Below are positions 58,563-64,000 of a stretch of DNA of 64,000 bases, piece by piece (positions within the stretch are counted from its first letter, which is position 1; every line of letters starts with the position of its first letter). The notes under the pieces were generated by a model. It saw only the letters and a list, made by a program, of their open reading frames with translations. It made no database searches and had not been told where the DNA came from. The position numbers and the translations under genes are program-made. Source of the DNA: Candidatus Omnitrophota bacterium (GTDB lineage Bacteria > Omnitrophota > Gorgyraeia > Gygaellales > Profunditerraquicolaceae); assembly GCA_028716245.1 (NCBI GenBank), contig JAQUQW010000001.1:549925-613924 (forward strand), read 5' to 3'.

Positions 58563-59684
58563 CTAGAAAATCTCTTCCTGTTGCTCTTTATTAAATTTTA
58601 AGCCAAAGTGCTCAAAGGCCTTTTTGGTAGCCAGCCTGCCCCGGGAAGTGCGTTTTAAATAACCGGCCTTTAAAAGATACGGCTCCACCGTATCGGCAAT
58701 CGTATCAACCTCTTCATTGAGGCTGGCAGCCAAAGATTCAATCCCCACCGGCCCGCCGCCGAATGATTCAAGGATTAATTTTAAAACTTTGCGGTCCAAA
58801 TCATCAAAACCTGCCTGATCAATACCCAGCTCATCAAGAATCTTGGAAGCCGCCGCCTGATCCACCTTTTCAATTTTTAAAACCTGGGCGTAATCCCGCA
58901 CCCGGCGCAAGAGCCGGTTAGCAATGCGCGGAGTACCCCTGGCGCGCTTGGCAATTTCCATACAGGCATCTTGATCGATTTGCACCGCCAATAACTGGCT
59001 GGAATTTTTTATAATTTTAGCCAAATCCTCTATTTTATAGAAATCCAGGCTATAAAATATACCAAACCTCCCCCTAAGCGGAGCGGCCAAGAGTCCGGTG
59101 CGCGTAGTTGCCCCGATTAAAGTAAACGGCTTAAGGTTAAACTTGATCGTTTTGGCATACGGCCCTTTATCGATTACAAAATCAATCTGAAAACTTTCCA
59201 TTGCCGGGTATAAAAATTCCTCGACAACCTTAGACATCCGGTGGATCTCGTCAATAAAAAGAATATCCCCCTTTTCCAGGTTAGTCAAAATCCCGATTAA
59301 ATCTCCGGCTCGCTCAATCGCCGGGCCGCTGGTTGCGGTAATTTTTGCGCCCATTTCATGCGAGATAATATGGGATAAGGAGGTTTTACCCAGACCCGGC
59401 GGGCCGCTTAAAAGCACATGTTCAAGAGGTTCTTTTCTCTGTTTGGCCGCCTGGATGGCGATTTTTAAATTATCGATGATGTCTTTATGGCCGATGAACT
59501 CGCCAAACTTCTTCGGCCTTAAGGATATATTCAGGACAATATCCTCTTCGGATTCCTTAGCCTCGGCAATAACCGGCTCGGGCCTAAGCAGTGTGCGTCT
59601 GGTCTCTTCGCTCATAAGGTATAATGTTTTCTTTGTTCCTGGATATAACGATATCCTCGAATTCCACGTCTTGGCGGGCAACAA
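58563..59684 (-). CDS. ruvB: Holliday junction branch-migration helicase RuvB
   Basis: LLSGPPGLGKTSLSHI Walker A. The probable true start is the internal ATG at 59615; the track ORF overlaps the scpA 3-prime end. Confidence 0.9.
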   Translation of the reverse strand: MLPAKTWNSRISLYPGTKKTLYLMSEETRRTLLRPEPVIAEAKESEEDIVLNISLRPKKFGEFIGHKDIIDNLKIAIQAAKQRKEPLEHVLLSGPPGLGKTSLSHIISHEMGAKITATSGPAIERAGDLIGILTNLEKGDILFIDEIHRMSKVVEEFLYPAMESFQIDFVIDKGPYAKTIKFNLKPFTLIGATTRTGLLAAPLRGRFGIFYSLDFYKIEDLAKIIKNSSQLLAVQIDQDACMEIAKRARGTPRIANRLLRRVRDYAQVLKIEKVDQAAASKILDELGIDQAGFDDLDRKVLKLILESFGGGPVGIESLAASLNEEVDTIADTVEPYLLKAGYLKRTSRGRLATKKAFEHFGLKFNKEQQEEIF

Positions 59685-60351
59685 TTTCTTTCATTTTGGC
59701 CAACTCCAGGATCGCCAGGAAAATCACGATTATTTCTATCTTGCTTTTTGATTCCCGGAATAATTCCAAAAGTTTAATCTCTGTTTGCACCAATAACAAG
59801 TGCAGGATACCGTGCACCTTCTGTTCAACTGTAAATTGATCCTTAACTACTTCATAAAAAACTTCCCGGGGTACATCTTTTAAGGCCCGGGAGAAAGCAT
59901 TGATCAAATCAAATATACTGGCCTCAAAATACTGGCTCTCTCCTTTATCCGGTATTTGATCACCTTGAGAATTTTCAGTCTTGGGGCGCTTAAAAACTTC
60001 CTGCTGACTAACCTCCCTCTGCCTTAAGTTTTCCGCGACCTGTTTAAACTTTTCATATTCAAGCAGCCGCTTGACCAGTTCAGCGCGGGGATCCTCTTCT
60101 TCCTCCAAAACTGCCAACTCTTCAGCCGGCAGCAGCATTTTGGATTTTATCTGCATCAGTGTTGAGGCCATCACCAAAAATTCACCGACAATATTTAAAT
60201 CCAAAAGCTGTATAAAATTTATATATTCCAGATATTGCGCGGTTACCTCGGCAATAGGAATATCATAGATATTCAGGTGGTCTTTCTTTACCAGATATAA
60301 CAACAGGTCCAGCGGCCCCTCAAAAATATCTAACCGTATTTTGTAGTTCAT
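59584..60351 (-). CDS. scpA: segregation and condensation protein A
   Basis: FEGPLDLLLYLVKK N-terminal kleisin motif, 255 aa. Confidence 0.85.
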   Translation of the reverse strand: MNYKIRLDIFEGPLDLLLYLVKKDHLNIYDIPIAEVTAQYLEYINFIQLLDLNIVGEFLVMASTLMQIKSKMLLPAEELAVLEEEEDPRAELVKRLLEYEKFKQVAENLRQREVSQQEVFKRPKTENSQGDQIPDKGESQYFEASIFDLINAFSRALKDVPREVFYEVVKDQFTVEQKVHGILHLLLVQTEIKLLELFRESKSKIEIIVIFLAILELAKMKEIVARQDVEFEDIVISRNKENIIPYERRDQTHTA

Positions 60352-60352
60352 C

Positions 60353-61333
60353 TTATATTTTAAGCAACTCTCTTACCTGGGCAATTGTCTTTTTTGCCGC
60401 CTCCGTTGCCTTGGCGCTTCCAGAAGATAATATTTCCTGGATATACTTTTTGTCTTTCTGCAGGGAATTTATTTTTTCCTGGATCGGAGCCAATAAACCA
60501 ATTATCCTGTCTGCCAACTCTTTTTTACATTCGGTGCAGCCGATTTCAGATTTACTGCAACGCTCCTCTGCTTCATTTTTCATCTTTGGGAAAAACACGC
60601 CATAATAAGAAAAAACATTGCATTTATGCGGATGCCCGGGATCAGTCAGGCGGATACGCTGTGGGTCGGTGAACATACTTTGGATCTTTTTACGGATAAC
60701 CTGCGGCTCTTCGGATAAACCGATATAATTATTATAGCTCTTGCTCATCTTGCGGCCGTCTAAACCCAAAAGGCGCGTAGTTTCGGTAAGCAAAGCCGCC
60801 GGTTCCACAAAACAATCCGTTTTATAAAGATGGTTAAATTTACGCACAATCTGACGGCTCAGCTCTAAATGCGGCAGTTGGTCCTCCCCCACCGGAACCG
60901 TAGCCGCCTTATAAAGCAGGATATCGGCAGCCTGTAAAACCGGATAACCCAGAAAAGCATAAGTCTTTAAATCACGGTTGGCTATTTCCCGTAACTGCTC
61001 CTTATAAGTAGGGCAGCGCTCAAGCAACCCTAAAGGCGTAATCAAGGAAAGAATGAAATAAAGTTCCAGATGTTCGGGAACATGCGATTGGATAAAAATA
61101 GTGGATTTTTCAGGATCAATTCCGCAGGCAAACCAGTCAATGACATTATCCAGTATATTTACTTTTAGATCATCCGGATTTTCATACTCCGACATCAGCG
61201 CGTGCCAATCGGCAACCATAAAAAAACAATCATATTCATTCTGCAGTTTGGTCCAATTAGCCAAGGCCCCGACCAAGTGGCCCAGGTGCAATTTACCCGT
61301 GGGGCGCATCCCGCTTAATATTCTTTTTTTCAT
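60353..61333 (-). CDS. trpS: tryptophan--tRNA ligase
   Basis: HLGHLVGA (HIGH) and KMSKS motifs, 326 aa. Confidence 0.95.
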   Translation of the reverse strand: MKKRILSGMRPTGKLHLGHLVGALANWTKLQNEYDCFFMVADWHALMSEYENPDDLKVNILDNVIDWFACGIDPEKSTIFIQSHVPEHLELYFILSLITPLGLLERCPTYKEQLREIANRDLKTYAFLGYPVLQAADILLYKAATVPVGEDQLPHLELSRQIVRKFNHLYKTDCFVEPAALLTETTRLLGLDGRKMSKSYNNYIGLSEEPQVIRKKIQSMFTDPQRIRLTDPGHPHKCNVFSYYGVFFPKMKNEAEERCSKSEIGCTECKKELADRIIGLLAPIQEKINSLQKDKKYIQEILSSGSAKATEAAKKTIAQVRELLKI

Positions 61334-63453
61334 AGTTTCCTGGCAATCTTCTCTATGTCGTAGGCTTCGATGATGTCGCCTTCCATTAACTGGTCAAATC
61401 CGCCAATGGCTATACCGCATTCAAAACCCTCCCCAACCTCACGCACATCATCCTTAAAACGCTTCAAACTTGAAAGCTTGCCTTCAAAAGCAGCTTCCCC
61501 GTTGCGCATCACCGTGACCATGCAATTACGATTAATCTTGCCTTTGGTCACAAAACAACCGGCGATTAAACCGGAACGGGAAAGTTTAAACATTTTTCTA
61601 ACTTCGGCCCTGCCTAAAAATACTTTCTTTAGCTTCGGAGAAAGCATGCCCTCCACCGCGGCTTTGATATCATTAGCCAGCTCATAAATGATACTATAGG
61701 TTTTTACATCAATGCCTTCTTTAGAGATCAACTCTTTGGCCGGTTCATCGGCGCTGACATTAAATCCCAAAATCAGCGCGTCCGAAGCCATCGCCAATAC
61801 TACATCCGAAATATTGATGTTTCCGGCTCCCATATGGATTATATCGATCTTTATCTCGGAGACATTCAACTTATCCAGCGTGTCCTTAATTGCCTCAAGG
61901 GAACCCTGCACATCGGCCTTAATAATTAATTTCAATTCTTTAATTTTACCTCCGGCAATCTGGGCGTGTAAATCTTCCAAGCTTACGCGTTTGACTTCCT
62001 TTACCTGCTGCAGCCTTTCTTTTTCTACGCGCGCTTGAATTAAACTTTTTGCCAGTTTCTCATCTTCAATCACAAAAAACTGCTCACCTACCTGCGGGAT
62101 CCCGCTTATGCCTAAGACCTCTACAGGACTTGCCGGGCCGACGCTAGTTATTCCCTGGCCCCGGTCATTAAGCATTGCCCGGATCTTTCCGTATAAAGTA
62201 CCGACGATTATACTCTGATTAAGGTTTAAGGAGCCATTCTGCACAAGAAGCGTGGCTACCGGCCCCCTGCCCTTGGACATTCTTGCCTCCACAACTACTC
62301 CGTAAGCCAGGCGGTCGGGATTTGCTTTTAATTCCATAACTTCTGCCTGCAAAAGAATCATTTCCAGTAAATTATCTATTCCCTCTCCGGTCTTGGCAGA
62401 AACCGGCACGGTAATGGTTTTTCCGCCCCAATCTTCGGCGGTCAGGCCGATTTCCGATAATTGTTTTTTGACCATATCGACATTTGCCTGCGCTTTATCT
62501 ATTTTATTGATCGCCACGATAATCGCCACTCCGGCTGCCCGCGCGTGATCAATTGCTTCCTGGGTCTGCGGCATAATCCCATCATCGGCTGCTACTACCA
62601 ATACCACAATATCGGTAATCCGCGCGCCGCGGGCCCGCATGGCGGTAAAAGCTTCATGGCCGGGCGTATCCAAAAATGTAATTTCTCCCTGAGGAAGGCT
62701 TACCCGATACGCGCCGATATGCTGGGTAATCCCTCCGTGCTCTGCTTCGGTAACTTTAGTCTTGCGTATCGCGTCAAGAAGAGAGGTCTTACCATGGTCA
62801 ACATGCCCCATAAGAGTAACTATCGGCGGGCGGTTTTTAAGTTCCTGCGGCTGGTCTATTTTTTTATGCATCTCTAAAGCTAATTCTTCGGCATCAGGAG
62901 CCTTCTTAATTTTAAAGTTATATTTCAGGCAAAGCTTATTTAAGATATCCTCATCCAAAGTCTGGTTGATACCGATCATCACTTTCATATCCATAAGATG
63001 CTTAATAAGAACCGATGATTTCTCCTGCAATTTTATCGCCAAATCCTTAACCGTAATCGGAAGTTCAAGTTCGATCTCTTTGCCCGGGGCAGCTTCTACT
63101 TTAATCTCCGGAACAGGTTCCGGTTGAATATGGACAGCTGGCTTGGGTTTAATTACCGGCGCAGCTTCAGGTTTTATTTCAGGTTTTACTTCTATTTTAA
63201 TTTCCGGCTTGGCTTCAACTTTAACCTCAACTTTAGGCGCCGCGTGTTTTACCGCGGGCTTTACGGATTTTAGTACCGGCTTAATTTCTTCCTTTACCTT
63301 TTTTACTGCCGGCTTAGGCTTAAGCGGCTTAGCTGCGGGCTTAGGCTTCAAGGCATGAGCCTTAGCAGGGGACTTCTTGGCTTTTGCTTCAACTTTAACC
63401 TTGGTTTTAACTATCTTCTTTACTATTGTTTTTTCTTTTTTGGCTTTGGGCAT
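61330..63453 (-). CDS. infB: translation initiation factor IF-2
   Basis: 707 aa with a Lys/Pro-rich repetitive N-terminus (KPEIK repeats) and a GTPase domain [12 protein letters not shown]. Confidence 0.95.
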   Translation of the reverse strand: MPKAKKEKTIVKKIVKTKVKVEAKAKKSPAKAHALKPKPAAKPLKPKPAVKKVKEEIKPVLKSVKPAVKHAAPKVEVKVEAKPEIKIEVKPEIKPEAAPVIKPKPAVHIQPEPVPEIKVEAAPGKEIELELPITVKDLAIKLQEKSSVLIKHLMDMKVMIGINQTLDEDILNKLCLKYNFKIKKAPDAEELALEMHKKIDQPQELKNRPPIVTLMGHVDHGKTSLLDAIRKTKVTEAEHGGITQHIGAYRVSLPQGEITFLDTPGHEAFTAMRARGARITDIVVLVVAADDGIMPQTQEAIDHARAAGVAIIVAINKIDKAQANVDMVKKQLSEIGLTAEDWGGKTITVPVSAKTGEGIDNLLEMILLQAEVMELKANPDRLAYGVVVEARMSKGRGPVATLLVQNGSLNLNQSIIVGTLYGKIRAMLNDRGQGITSVGPASPVEVLGISGIPQVGEQFFVIEDEKLAKSLIQARVEKERLQQVKEVKRVSLEDLHAQIAGGKIKELKLIIKADVQGSLEAIKDTLDKLNVSEIKIDIIHMGAGNINISDVVLAMASDALILGFNVSADEPAKELISKEGIDVKTYSIIYELANDIKAAVEGMLSPKLKKVFLGRAEVRKMFKLSRSGLIAGCFVTKGKINRNCMVTVMRNGEAAFEGKLSSLKRFKDDVREVGEGFECGIAIGGFDQLMEGDIIEAYDIEKIARKL

Positions 63454-63479
63454 AATCTCTCCATCTTATATTGAAAAAC

Positions 63480-64000
63480 TTATAATAGTTTTTTAGCTTC
63501 GGCGATAATTTTCTGGGCTTTCTTTTCTCCGATGCCTTTAATTTTTATCAGCCCCTCTGCCTTTGCTTCAATTATATCATTAATACTCTTGATTCCCGCT
63601 TCTTTTAAACTTTCTACAATTTTTGGCCCTATACCGGATAGATCCCCTAAAGAAACGCCTTCTTTTTTGGCTGTTTTCTTAACTGCCTTCTTGGCTTTTT
63701 TAGCCTTAGGCTCTTCCTCTTTACCCTCTTCTGCCTTTGGCCCAACCGCAGCTTTTTCTTCCTTTTTCTCGCCGAGTGCCTCAGCGGCAATCATACTTTT
63801 AGTGCGGATATCTAACTCCCAGCCAACGAGCCGGGAAGCCAAGCGCACGTTCTGTCCGTGTTTACCGATGCTCAACGAAAGCTGGTCATCATCAACAATA
63901 ACCTCAGCCTTAATTTTATCCCGGTCTAGCTTGATTTCAGAAACCTTAGCCGGAGAAAGAGCGGCCTTGATATATTCACGCACATCATCATTAAAACGCA
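63480..64000 (-). CDS. nusA: transcription termination/antitermination factor NusA (3-prime part; the N-terminus lies beyond the window end)
   Basis: KH domain (GKHGQNVRLASRLVGWELDI), a Lys/Glu-rich linker and a C-terminal HhH module. The reading frame is open to the window edge. Confidence 0.85.
   Translation of the reverse strand, partial: RFNDDVREYIKAALSPAKVSEIKLDRDKIKAEVIVDDDQLSLSIGKHGQNVRLASRLVGWELDIRTKSMIAAEALGEKKEEKAAVGPKAEEGKEEEPKAKKAKKAVKKTAKKEGVSLGDLSGIGPKIVESLKEAGIKSINDIIEAKAEGLIKIKGIGEKKAQKIIAEAKKLL

Overview
This is a 64-kb chromosomal window of about 45% GC, apparently from an anaerobic and probably uncultivated bacterium. I found no rRNA gene, CRISPR array, transposase or integrase. 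About 66 of roughly 70 genes sit on the minus strand in tightly packed, often overlapping operons. In window order: ligA (C-terminal end runs off the window), acyP, tRNA-Pro(CGG), an FMN-riboswitch-controlled riboflavin operon (ribBA-ribH-nusB-PHP-ribD-ribE), cinA-like and thpR on the plus strand, pgpA, pgsA, rimO, a rodZ-like gene, ftsK, pnp, rpsO, arfB, plsC, and a UvrD-type helicase fused to a Cas4-like nuclease. A small accessory islet follows: a decayed HigB(gp49)/HigA toxin-antitoxin module with an intact promoter-operator, a standalone Cas4-like PD-(D/E)XK nuclease, rubrerythrin and AT-rich small membrane proteins. Then come rpmB (plus strand), recJ, argS, rsfS, a CNNM/CorC transporter, an M16 peptidase, trpGDCFBA without trpE, murA, prmC, prfA, rpmE, rho, coaE, glgA, polA, a TPR protein, acetyl-CoA synthase acsB with metF-folD-fchA, yraN, rnhB, rplS, trmD, tgt, queA, a GHL10 lipoprotein, queH, ruvB, scpA, trpS, infB and the 3-prime part of nusA. 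The most interesting signals are non-coding: an 84-nt two-hairpin element in four same-orientation copies that butt against the start codons of nusB, rpmE, rplS and a Zn-ribbon-rsfS-argS operon, with compensatory stem changes and one partial inverted copy beside tRNA-Pro; a second GC-rich structured element shared by the 5-prime regions of rpmB and tgt; and a family of GC-stem hairpins with a conserved AT-rich loop in 5-prime UTRs. There is also an FMN riboswitch with a terminator and face-to-face promoters whose -35 boxes overlap.
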